Source: Candidatus Hodarchaeota archaeon
GTDB lineage: Archaea > Asgardarchaeota > Heimdallarchaeia > Hodarchaeales > Hodarchaeaceae
Assembly (NCBI GenBank): GCA_016840035.1
Contig: JAEOTC010000016.1
Coordinates: 1 to 30,621, forward strand
Reading direction: 5' to 3'
Length of the DNA: 30,621 bases
Shown: positions 18,401 through 26,225 of the stretch, piece after piece
Layout of the letters: each line of letters begins with the position of its first letter
Position numbering within the stretch: position 1 is the stretch's first letter
Translations under genes and position numbers: made by a program
Notes under the pieces: model-generated
The model's database searches: none
The model's input: the letters and a program-made list of their open reading frames with translations, nothing else
Told to the model about the DNA's origin: nothing

Positions 18401-21400
18401 TGTTCTTCTTATTTATACGTATAACAATTTGACTTATTATCAATCTCCAATGGCCTTTATCTCAGGAAATGAAACCTTTGGAATTTATCAAGGTGTGTCT
18501 CCTGCTACCAGTCAATCAAAGGTCTATTATTATATTTCCGCTAGAGATATCAGTGAGCTTCGCTCCTATTCAGGAAATTTCTCATATCGCATTGATTTCC
18601 TTCCCGTAATTCAGAACATTTCTTTGACGCCCACTTATCCTAGTGGCTTTAACAATATGTATGTATTGCTGGAAGTAACTGATGATATTGGAATTGCCAA
18701 TGCAACGCTGTATTATACCTATAATTCCACTTGGGTCAGTATCCCCCTTACACAACAAGGAAGTGATTTTGAAGCAATTATTCCCCCGTTGAATGTTGAT
18801 GCGTTTTTAACATATTATATTGTCGTTTTTGACACCTTTGGTCATCAGATTACCTCTTCACAAGATCAACGGTATATAGATGGATTAATTCCAGCCATTA
18901 CTGATATTGATAGGTCTCCTGTATACCCCATAAACAATACATCTGTTATGGTTTCGTGCATTATTAAGGATAATAACACCCTTGTAAATAAAACCCTTAT
19001 CTATTCCGTTAATGGTTCCAGCTGGATTTCGCTTGATATGAATCAATCTGTACTAGTAACCATAAATGGAAGGAACCCTCCTACAGGTAATTTTGCATCA
19101 GGAACAACCCAAATAATCGATCATGATGTTGGTGGGCCGATCGAACGATTATTATTATATGTCTATTCAGCTGACAGTGATACAATATCGGTCACTCTTT
19201 GGGGTATGAGAATTGATTCTAGCACTTGGGAACAATTCTACACTAGCAGTTCACTCTCTAATGGATATATTCCAGAATTTAACTGGCCAACTCCCATATA
19301 TAACCAATGGAGGATCCAGATGTATGATACTGAGGGTAATGACTACTTCTATTACTCGTATGAGTATGATGCATTATTAGACTTTGGAGCACAAATTCCT
19401 GGATTTGGTCAAGATACGAATATTACATATTACATTCAATCATTTGATATAGCAGGAAACTTTGCAGAAAGTAATTATTATTCCTATGTTATCGATGGTA
19501 CCAGTCCTACCATTCAGAATGTTACTGAAGTCAATATAGCTCCTGCTATTGATCCAATCGACATTGAAGTAGTTTTTTCAGACAGAGGAGGAATCAATGA
19601 GTCCCTCGCTCTTCTTTACTACTCATTTGATAATTCTTCTTGGTTCAATACACAAATGGTAAAGCAATCAGGAACCATTCAAAATGGGAGTTATTCGGGT
19701 ACAATTCCAGCTTCTGTTTCGGAAACGACCGTGTATTATTACATTTATGTAGAAGATCTAAGTGGACTAAATGTTACATCATCTATATTGACATATCTTA
19801 CTCTCGATGTCACCATAAATTTACAATCTCCAGCTGAATATTCAGTCCTGAATGGAACTATATTAGTTGATTTTGAGTTTTTGATTACTCCAAATACCAG
19901 TCTTGTAGAACTTAGTTTTGATCAAGGTGGTAGCTGGATTAACATGACCAATACTAGTGGTGATTTGTTTATACACACGTTAAATACTTCTGCTAAATCT
20001 GAAGGATTATTGGATGTATGGTTAAATGTAACTGTAATTCCAAGTGTGAGCCTTATTAGAACGTATACGTATTACATTGACCGATCTATCCCCCAAATTA
20101 TCAGTCTTACCAATTCCACAAGAATTAGTGGTTCAGGGGATATAATCTATAGTACAATTTCTGATGCAGTTATCAATGCTAATATGTCTGTAACCCTCTT
20201 TTATACCTATGACAATTCCACATGGTATCAAACTCCGATGGTACTCCAGAATCAGTCAACAAACCTTGGTACTTACTCTGGTACATTACCTGCAGCATCT
20301 GGAGAGCTCGCATTATCTTATTATGTTACTGTTACAGATGAGCTCGGTTGGACTAATCAATCTTCTACAATAAATACCCTGATTGACTACGAACCTGTAA
20401 TTTCGAGTATTAATCTTTCTTATGATTATGTTCGGTCAGATATCCCGGTAACTGTCTATGTCTTCGCAAGTGACGACTATGGGATCTTCAATGTATCATT
20501 ATACTATAATTATGACGATACAAACTACTCAACTGTATTGACATTTCAAAATGGAGCGTATCAAGGAATTATCCCAAGCACATTAATCGATGTTAATGTG
20601 ACATATTCTGTAGGGGTGTTTGATACTTTTCTTCAATACACTGAAAGTGTCACTTATCAATATTATTCTGACGGAATTGATCCCAATATCAGTTATATAG
20701 TTCAATCTCCCTCAAATTCCAACCTACTCGACGTTGTAACCATATACAGCAATATTGATGATAAAAATCCTTACCGAAATGTGTCGCTCTTCTATACCTT
20801 TGACGGATCTACTTGGACCAGTGTTGATTTCATTTCTGCCGGGATTCACACCATCACTGGTCGTAATCCCATATCAGGGACATATTATAATGAAACAATC
20901 ACCACAGATTATGCAAGTGGGCCTCTCTCTCGTCTATCAGTGTATACCTATTCCAGTGATGCAGATACAATCGCTGTGACACTCTGGGGATTCCGAAGTG
21001 ATACTGGTACTTGGGAGCAGTTTTATTCCTCTTCGATATTAGGAACTGGGTATATCCCTGAATTTAATTGGGCAAATATTGTATATGAGCAATGGCGGAT
21101 TGAGATTCACGATACTGAGAATGACGATAGTTTCCATTATTCTTTCGAATTTGATATTGAACCCGATTACTTCGCCGAAATTCCAGCCTCCTCCTTGGAT
21201 GGTGATGTCGATTATTACATTTTTGTTTCAGATATGTCGAATCGTACTTCTCTCAGTAGTGTCCTCTCATATTACACTGATGGTGTGTATCCTACTGTCA
21301 GTGGAGTAACAGATTTCGATCCTGTTTCACAATTTGTATCCCCAAGGGTTTATGCTGATATTTCAGATAATATTGGACTCCTTACTCCCAGATTATTCTA

Positions 21401-23036
21401 CTCAACAGATGAAATTACCTGGTTTAGTCAAGTACTGACATTAGAAAGTGGAAATATGATTGCAGGTAGGTTTTATGCCGATATTCCTGCCATCTCAAGT
21501 GGAGTAGTGGCTTATTATATCGAAGTAAGTGATTTGAATAGATTAATTTCGAGTTCTATTGTTCGATATTATGTAATTGACACCCAACCTGAAATTCTAT
21601 TTATTACCCACTTTCCTGCCGAGATTCCTCTCAATACACGAGTAACTGTAACTGCATTCATTACGGATGATTATGGAATTAGTATTGTTAGACTATATTA
21701 CTGGATAAATGGATTTTTCCATAGTAAAACAATGAGCTTGGTGAATGGAGCATTTCAGTCATCTATCGATCCAATCAGCACAAATGCTAATGTAGAATAT
21801 ATTGTCAATGCTATTGACACGATTGGACAGTCTAGAAATTCAACAAGTACGACATTTATGATAGATGGTTTAGCTCCTACAATAACATTTATTCAGGTTC
21901 CAGTTGGAAACAGTATCCCTCATCCAGCTGAAGTGCCAATAGAGGTACATGTAGAAGACAATGTTCAATTAAATATGTCTGGAACGACATTATATATTTC
22001 CTATGATAGAAATACCTGGATTGAAATGCCAATGCAACTCTCTGGTGGAACTACATTCAGTGCTACCTTTATTAAGATAATTCCTGAAATCCCCACAAAT
22101 ATCATCTATTTCTATGTAGTCAGTTATGATGATGTAGGTCTTATGAGTTCTACTTCAATAATGCATTATAATATTGAGATCTTTCCCGATGCTGACGAAG
22201 ATGGCGTCGCAGATTGGACTGAAATCAATGTGTATAATTCTGATCCAAATAACAATGATACTGATGGGGATGGACTCTTAGATTTCAATGAAATTTATGT
22301 TTATTCTACCAATGCCACTGATAGTGACACGGATAACGATGGAATGCCTGATGGATGGGAAGTTCGCAACAGTCTTAATCCACGGGCCAATGATGCCAAT
22401 CTTGATGCTGATGAGGATGGATTACTGAACATTGAGGAATATAATGCTTCAACTAATCCACAAAAGCCAGATACCGATGATGATGGCATGCCTGATGAGT
22501 GGGAAATTCTAAACGATCTCAATCCAACTCTTAACGACAGTTACTCAGACGCGGATAATGATGAGCTGATCAATTTAGACGAATTCTTTGAAGAAACTGA
22601 TCCTCAGAATGCCGATTCTGATGCTGATTTGATCCCTGATGGTTGGGAAGTCTTCAACTCTCTTAATCCATTGAGCAATGATTCCGCTTTAGATCCAGAT
22701 GTAGATGAGTTATCTAACTATGAAGAATTTACACATGGAACTGATCCCCAAGATGAGGACACCGATAATGATGGAATGCCCGATGGTTGGGAAGTTAGAA
22801 ACAGTTTGAACCCCCTTGTCAATGATGCAGAACTTGATGCTGATGAGGATGGTTATTCTAATCTTCGGGAATATGAACTTGATTCAGACCCAAATGATCC
22901 GAATGATCCTGCTTCAAGTTCGAATGCAATTTTAATTGGTTTATTGGTTCTGTCTTCAATACCTGTAGCATTTGTTGGAATAAGAAAGAGAGATACTATC
23001 CGAAATCTTATTCAAAAATATAGAAATCGAGATTAA
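12465..23036 (+). CDS. Giant (~3520 aa) membrane-anchored adhesin/surface-layer-like glycoprotein: CARDB-like N-terminus, ~22 Ig-like domains with five inserted domains, Ca-binding DxDxDG repeats, TM and short basic tail
   Basis: Uninterrupted 10.6-kb ORF (opens at GTG 12441; ATG 12465 gives MKALILSSFLVLLFIPG signal peptide). Repeated P-x-I...VTIxAxIxD...LYYS...W...M...YxAxIP...VxYYIxAxD units; 10 DxDxD motifs; TM AILIGLLVLSSIPVAFVGI then RKRD...; very many N-x-S/T sequons. Confidence 0.9.
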   Translation: MKALILSSFLVLLFIPGLTILHIPLNESTQDVATPLVELNSIRKVDVSLVGNVYLSQPGIVNGEMVEIYGKIRNNGGFQVTSYVLFTVKNSSWKQDIASQKITLTPNEEQYVKTSWMGVEGTYEISIQAKVINYRDSVPENNIITTVFKVAPEQSTSMFLRDNSDTNDHSMQEMNEDIVDISIMEKNNYYSIYEIKPGDSQVLDLTIISHDITDEFRVIVGGITNGIRVDPDQWILPLFKGEEVDLQVKISVSQDLNVGSSHTVELLLYRSSHPSDIVQKSFDFLIVSDYTQDSESNTEDQSSSSVDNSQNSPINASIHFSILSISEVNPPIIGNITHDPTYPSIFQNVTIIADIIDESTLLNATLFYSFNEGSTWLNTSMLPGALNSWSGEIITPGYEENVTYFVQAFDNFTNSASSSQYSFLFDNSPPVIGEVQIDDNTPNYQQNVTISTQINDQSPLRNVTLYYSFDNGTTFIPINMTGSAGTRTYVKDVLLVVSTSGQYTDYLSRNLFTWDSITASTFSSITISTLSQYRILILEPNWVSYTYLRNGLLTVNQALDDFSLVVSIRVAGNQGSQADIDFLGTDYDRSITHIVETIVDSNHPFISGAPWSGSPIIASYFNSWSSTDHGWLYNLPASQEGYTEILQNANGISMFEYSYKGSHILLDTLTSIDGGWGSGNDFVADNYINYLNYTYYQLTPGYQATIPIAPVNTLVQYYINAIDMVNNSAISETNSYFSDGSIPQISNVTETTVVSELDSLTINATISDNWALDNTTAILVYTYDNTTFYQTSMTLISGNETYAIFQAVSPVTTQSIVFYSIQVIDLSGLQGSSGNFSYLVDHMPVLNSQLTIPTYPQANQSVTINATVSDDYGIASVILHYNSNSTWDQISMNLNQGIYQATIPATINDTNVDYFISITDTFGHQINSSNFNYHSDGLAPSFTSITHTPIQPNADAPVLVQAIITDSSGIQNASLSYSTDAGSSWTNLSMGFNLGSWEASIPALNQSIQVNYFVTAYDQADIMGESNQTIFDTDADSPQIYNLTEIGVVSELSNIPINVTLTDNFGVDSSNVLLLYSYDNSSWFSTAMSLIMGDTLNGTYNGNSPSTSQNMVYYYVQVFDLSGRSNISSILTYTIDHQPVVILDHIEPLYPSPLTDVNVYANITEDVGLNQVVLYYNYNTTWQQTPMANVSNQFTGTIGFTNMDTQVSYYVSVIDSFGHMVNSSTQLFYVDGLPPTVENISYVPTFPTYTENVTVKVDLVDNQNVYNSTLYYTTNGTWIGVNVSIPQANTVTGRDPTSGEYYGITQTMDYDSGDLKRLSIYVYSSDSDTLYVTLWGFRMDTEVWEQFHYSGSRGTGNLPEFNWATPIYDQWRIQIYDSESNDYFYYSYEYDYQPGYSTTIPATNSSSTVQFYIEAFDYAGNKGNSSLFSYFTDADAPSWSNITIVSTVSELTNVPINITIGDNVAVNTSLVIMYYSYNQLTWFSTLMTLTLGSNITGTYTGNIPATSNFVVYYYINASDISGLTNQTLTFNYTIDHVPILNEVRIDPLYPNPSSSPTIYMNITDDSSLSSVKLSYEYIGSSGTLNMTENSGLYEASIPATGIDSLVNLTFIIVDSFGHNLTNSDFSYFSDGLSPIFRTVQTIPAYPNYLQNVTVVAAFDDVNGMRNVTLYYRMNSGIWNSLIMNGTVGIDAGNPATDVLLISHGQDTSYLTRNGYTFDSITEFQFSTITTVTLSQYRILILEPDWSNYAYLRSGLVVVDQALDNSLLVVSIRVGGNAGSQTDIDFLGTDYSQTAFSNVETILESNHPFITGSPWGGNTLLDSDFNSWGYTDHGWLYNLPISQQGYTEILQNANGISMFEYSYKNSHILVDSLTSIDGGWGTGNDPVADNYINYLYYLYSIFIPSHSATIPVAPADTIVEYYIEATDLANNSAMSGLYTYLVDGGAPQINDVTQVMDTSQLDSAVINATVTDGLGVDNSSVLLIYTYNNLTYYQSPMAFISGNETFGIYQGVSPATSQSKVYYYISARDISELRSYSGNFSYRIDFLPVIQNISLTPTYPSGFNNMYVLLEVTDDIGIANATLYYTYNSTWVSIPLTQQGSDFEAIIPPLNVDAFLTYYIVVFDTFGHQITSSQDQRYIDGLIPAITDIDRSPVYPINNTSVMVSCIIKDNNTLVNKTLIYSVNGSSWISLDMNQSVLVTINGRNPPTGNFASGTTQIIDHDVGGPIERLLLYVYSADSDTISVTLWGMRIDSSTWEQFYTSSSLSNGYIPEFNWPTPIYNQWRIQMYDTEGNDYFYYSYEYDALLDFGAQIPGFGQDTNITYYIQSFDIAGNFAESNYYSYVIDGTSPTIQNVTEVNIAPAIDPIDIEVVFSDRGGINESLALLYYSFDNSSWFNTQMVKQSGTIQNGSYSGTIPASVSETTVYYYIYVEDLSGLNVTSSILTYLTLDVTINLQSPAEYSVLNGTILVDFEFLITPNTSLVELSFDQGGSWINMTNTSGDLFIHTLNTSAKSEGLLDVWLNVTVIPSVSLIRTYTYYIDRSIPQIISLTNSTRISGSGDIIYSTISDAVINANMSVTLFYTYDNSTWYQTPMVLQNQSTNLGTYSGTLPAASGELALSYYVTVTDELGWTNQSSTINTLIDYEPVISSINLSYDYVRSDIPVTVYVFASDDYGIFNVSLYYNYDDTNYSTVLTFQNGAYQGIIPSTLIDVNVTYSVGVFDTFLQYTESVTYQYYSDGIDPNISYIVQSPSNSNLLDVVTIYSNIDDKNPYRNVSLFYTFDGSTWTSVDFISAGIHTITGRNPISGTYYNETITTDYASGPLSRLSVYTYSSDADTIAVTLWGFRSDTGTWEQFYSSSILGTGYIPEFNWANIVYEQWRIEIHDTENDDSFHYSFEFDIEPDYFAEIPASSLDGDVDYYIFVSDMSNRTSLSSVLSYYTDGVYPTVSGVTDFDPVSQFVSPRVYADISDNIGLLTPRLFYSTDEITWFSQVLTLESGNMIAGRFYADIPAISSGVVAYYIEVSDLNRLISSSIVRYYVIDTQPEILFITHFPAEIPLNTRVTVTAFITDDYGISIVRLYYWINGFFHSKTMSLVNGAFQSSIDPISTNANVEYIVNAIDTIGQSRNSTSTTFMIDGLAPTITFIQVPVGNSIPHPAEVPIEVHVEDNVQLNMSGTTLYISYDRNTWIEMPMQLSGGTTFSATFIKIIPEIPTNIIYFYVVSYDDVGLMSSTSIMHYNIEIFPDADEDGVADWTEINVYNSDPNNNDTDGDGLLDFNEIYVYSTNATDSDTDNDGMPDGWEVRNSLNPRANDANLDADEDGLLNIEEYNASTNPQKPDTDDDGMPDEWEILNDLNPTLNDSYSDADNDELINLDEFFEETDPQNADSDADLIPDGWEVFNSLNPLSNDSALDPDVDELSNYEEFTHGTDPQDEDTDNDGMPDGWEVRNSLNPLVNDAELDADEDGYSNLREYELDSDPNDPNDPASSSNAILIGLLVLSSIPVAFVGIRKRDTIRNLIQKYRNRD
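13452..22187 (+). repeat. Array of ~22 diverged ~95-105-aa Ig-like domains in a three-domain super-repeat
   Basis: Domain starts read from the protein: NPPII, DNSPP, DGSIP, DHMP, DGLAP, DADSP, DHQP, DGLPP, DADAP, DHVP, DGLSP, DGGAP, DFLP, DGLIP, DGTSP, (atypical LDVTI), DRSIP, DYEP, DGIDP, DGVYP, DTQP, DGLAP. Confidence 0.8.
22188..22910 (+). repeat. Thrombospondin type-3-like (prokaryotic) calcium-binding repeat stalk
   Basis: Ten DxDxD(G) motifs: DADEDG, DTDGDG, DTDNDG, DADEDG, DTDDDG, DADNDE, DSDADL, DPDVDE, DTDNDG, DADEDG. Recurring MPDGWE..N.LNP / L.N..EY...TDP alternation. Confidence 0.88.
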
Positions 23037-23309
23037 ATCTCACTTTTGCATTTCCCATAACTTACACCTACCTTCCCCTTAATACTCACACATCAGTGAA
23101 CGCTTCTAAAAATAACGGAAATAATCAATCCTCTCCTTTACTCTAAGGAAATGAATCAAGGGAACGTAAAAATTAGTACATGCGTAGTACTGATGGAAGG
23201 ATGCCTGAAAGTTTTAGTAGATTTAGACAAGTATATTTTAATTAGGTTTATCCGAGAAAAATATTCTGAAACCAGATAATTTTTTTAACCTGCAACTTAT
23301 ATCAGAGGA

Positions 23310-24173
23310 ATGAAAAATCCTATTCCGGAAACAGAAAAAATGGGAACCAATAGTGAACTATCGAAGAACGGGGCTTTTATTTTTCTTATTGGACTCATTA
23401 TCGCAAGTATTGTTTTTGGCGGATTATTTATTGGGTATTATTGGTTTTTTTATGAATCTCCAGGACCATTGGACAATGATAATACTGGTTGGATTGAGGA
23501 TTGTTCAGATATTTCTGATTGGTCTGAAGCACAAGGTACCGATTTTGAAAAATATTCTCTTGGTCATTATGGTGCAATTGAATCCTTAACCGATTCAATT
23601 GTTGCCTCTAATGATGTTTTTACTCCTGATACAACTTGGTGGAATCCACCTAGTGGCGATAGCACTCATCGAAAAGCGGCTAGAATAAGAAGGCTTCCTT
23701 CTTATGGGAATGAGTTAATAATTCAATCTATTATAAATTTCGATCCTTCTTCAACCTCTAATCCATATACATTTCAAGGGGGAATGGACCTTATTCTAAC
23801 GGGACCTTCTCTTGAACCACTATTTCAGATTCGCCTAGCTGATGGCGCAGCTTCAAGTAATATGCACCAAATCTCTCACCGGGCTTGGTATTTTACTTCA
23901 GCTGGTGTAGATATTGAAATTCTTCCCCCTACCTTAAAAGCAAATCCTCTAATTTTTGATGGTCAATTCTCGATATACCTAAATCAATCAACAATAGAAG
24001 TTTTTACACCTGTTTCTGACCAATGGATTGATTTAGACATTAATCCCGAAACTGCTTTACAACGAGGTACTCCAACATTTCTTGTCTTATATTTTCAACA
24101 GAATAGACAGTTATTTCAACCTCCCCCTTCTGTCATGAATATCGATCAAATTACTGTTGATACTAGGTCCTAA
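23310..24173 (+). CDS. Hypothetical single-pass membrane protein with a beta-rich extracellular domain
   Basis: N-terminal TM (GAFIFLIGLIIASIVFGGLFIGYYWFF) followed by a ~240-aa soluble domain; GAGG precedes the ATG. No family recognised with confidence. Confidence 0.7.
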   Translation: MKNPIPETEKMGTNSELSKNGAFIFLIGLIIASIVFGGLFIGYYWFFYESPGPLDNDNTGWIEDCSDISDWSEAQGTDFEKYSLGHYGAIESLTDSIVASNDVFTPDTTWWNPPSGDSTHRKAARIRRLPSYGNELIIQSIINFDPSSTSNPYTFQGGMDLILTGPSLEPLFQIRLADGAASSNMHQISHRAWYFTSAGVDIEILPPTLKANPLIFDGQFSIYLNQSTIEVFTPVSDQWIDLDINPETALQRGTPTFLVLYFQQNRQLFQPPPSVMNIDQITVDTRS

Positions 24174-24542
24174 TGAATCCATGGAGTTTCTTTTTCCTGG
24201 GTGAATTTCATGCTGGGTTTCTTATTATCGATAATTTTGAAAGAATATTACATGTTAAAGACCTTTTATTGATGTCTGGGGTGAAGTATGCGTAATGATA
24301 CCTCCAAGAGATGATTCTTACAGAGTACTTTGGAATTGAATTGGGTGGAATGCGTTTATTGGAAATCAACGATCAAAATGATAAAATGGGTCAAGAAAAA
24401 AAAAGATCGCAGCACACTTGAGATAGTTATGTGTCGTCAAACCACTGTTTGAAGACATTTCTGCATTATTTTTTTGAATTAGTTTCCTCAATTTAGCAAT
24501 CCACTCAGGCATTATAGAAAAAGAATTAATGCAATTGTTCCT

Positions 24543-25340
24543 TTAAATATTTTGAATTTCGTTCCTCAGGACTTGATAAAATTCATCTATAGCTTCTTTT
24601 TCCCTCCACGGAGTATGTCCACAATTCTTCAATAAATAAAATTGGAAATCTGTTAGAAATCGAAAGAGTGGTTCCTGCACACCACGAGAAGGATGGGGAT
24701 CAAAATCACCATGAATTGCGGTTACAGGTGTTTTAAGTGCCGTAATTCTTTCCAAAAGCTGACCGGATTTTCTTAAATCTGCAGCTTCACTCCATACTTT
24801 CTGGTAGATATCTCCAGAGTCTTTTACATTAAATATATCTTTGTCAGATAATTTTATTGGATTATAATTATCTGTTTTGGATGCTAGTTCACCAAGTCTC
24901 TTTAACAATTGATCTTTTTTATTACCAGCTATAAGATTAATTGTGGAAAGAATTTTATTAAATTCTTCTCTTTCTCCCTGTTTTAGCCTACTCATTCTTG
25001 TTTTATGCAGCTCTTTAACAAATGATTCTTCGAATGGGCCACTACTAACAATGATTACTTTTTTAACCAATTCTTGATTCTGCGCTGTAAACAATAAACT
25101 TAACCATGCCCCCCATGAGTACCCGATCATGATTACTGGAGTGAAACAATACTCTAGTATAATTGATTTTAATTCAAAGATTTGATCTTGAATTGTTTTT
25201 TTTGTCTGGATCGGTTCAATTATTCCCCATTTATTAGATAGATTCCGACCGATGGGTGCCATTTCCCCACCAGCTCCAGGACCTCCATGAACAACTGCAA
25301 TATTAAAAGGTTTATCACCATACTTCCGAAGGAACATCAT
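24543..25340 (-). CDS. Alpha/beta-fold hydrolase (proline iminopeptidase-like)
   Basis: Oxyanion motif HGGPG; nucleophile elbow GYSWG; acid residue in HGDFD; catalytic His in CGHTPW. Confidence 0.9.
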   Translation of the reverse strand: MMFLRKYGDKPFNIAVVHGGPGAGGEMAPIGRNLSNKWGIIEPIQTKKTIQDQIFELKSIILEYCFTPVIMIGYSWGAWLSLLFTAQNQELVKKVIIVSSGPFEESFVKELHKTRMSRLKQGEREEFNKILSTINLIAGNKKDQLLKRLGELASKTDNYNPIKLSDKDIFNVKDSGDIYQKVWSEAADLRKSGQLLERITALKTPVTAIHGDFDPHPSRGVQEPLFRFLTDFQFYLLKNCGHTPWREKEAIDEFYQVLRNEIQNI

Positions 25341-25575
25341 AATTCACTTATAGCTGTATTCTTATTTAATGAGTCATGGATTGAAATGGTACAATCGTGA
25401 ATGAATTTATTCAAGCTTTTATTAACCCTGCGTGAATCGGAGGTGGGAATGTTATTTGGTCTAATTTAAAAAGATTGATCTGTTTATTCTATTTGTACTT
25501 CTTTTATAATAATTAACCAAGAGTTAACTAGCTGAAAATCGACACCATACTAAAAAGTGAATTGTGAGGAATATC

Positions 25576-26136
25576 ATGGCCCTAATCGCAAAAGTATGCT
25601 TTCTTGGTGATGGAAAGGTAGGAAAAACGTCCCTCATCAATCAATATTTGGGAAAAGGGTTTAGTTCCGAGTATTTACCGACTCTGGGATCGGATTTTGC
25701 CTCAAAAGATATAGAATTAGAATCAGAATATGGACATCAAGAGATTCGGTTTCAAATATGGGATTTGGCAGGACAACCTAGCTTTGGGTCAATACGGAAA
25801 GCTTATTACAAAGGGTCGATCGGAGCATTACTAGTTTTTGATCTTACAAATCCTGATTCATTAATGAACCTTGAACAATGGATAAACGAATTTTCCAACC
25901 ACTCTGGTGTTCCTAATCACACAATAATCGTACTGGCTAATAAATCTGATCTTAAAGGTGAGATTACAATTTCTCCTCCTGAAATTGAAAGTTACATTCG
26001 TAAAAATTTACTGAGTGATGGCAAAGACGCTATTGAGAGACTTAGATATTTTGAAACATCTGCAAAAACTGGTCAAAATGTGAATGAAGCATTTGAATCG
26101 CTCGGACATGCAATTCTAAAAAAACTCTATAGTTAA
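25576..26136 (+). CDS. Rab-like small GTPase (Ras superfamily; eukaryotic signature protein)
   Basis: G1 GDGKVGKTS, G2 YLPTLG, G3 WDLAGQ, G4 NKSD, G5 ETSAK. RabF-like segments LGSDF, RFQIW, YYKGS, LVFDLT. No C-terminal Cys. ATG 25576 follows GTGAGG. Confidence 0.95.
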   Translation: MALIAKVCFLGDGKVGKTSLINQYLGKGFSSEYLPTLGSDFASKDIELESEYGHQEIRFQIWDLAGQPSFGSIRKAYYKGSIGALLVFDLTNPDSLMNLEQWINEFSNHSGVPNHTIIVLANKSDLKGEITISPPEIESYIRKNLLSDGKDAIERLRYFETSAKTGQNVNEAFESLGHAILKKLYS

Positions 26137-26225
26137 GAAACCTTACCCGAATTGAGTTTAATATCTCTAAATATTCAAAAACTGATTTGAATAAAAGCTC
26201 TATTAAAAATCTATAAATAGATCGG

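Noticed and set aside
13905-21167. Inserted domains as inteins, introns or a diversity-generating retroelement TR/VR pair
   Set aside because: There are no intein termini (C/S start with HN-C/S/T end) or LAGLIDADG motifs, and the inserts are in frame. Copies differ at all base types, often synonymously, not specifically at adenines. No reverse transcriptase is in the window.
13231-22522. Small ORFs nested within the giant gene
   Set aside because: They are antisense or off-frame shadows; 22301-22522 merely mirrors the Asp-rich repeats.
23172-23194. Imperfect inverted repeat ATTAGTAC-N7-GTACTGAT upstream of the 23310 gene
   Set aside because: Arms of 8 bp with a mismatch are expected by chance in AT-rich DNA, and no second copy was seen.
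24278-24452. Possible small gene or pseudogene after SD-like GGGGTGA
   Set aside because: All frames give only very short peptides (about 8-40 aa) with no recognisable similarity.
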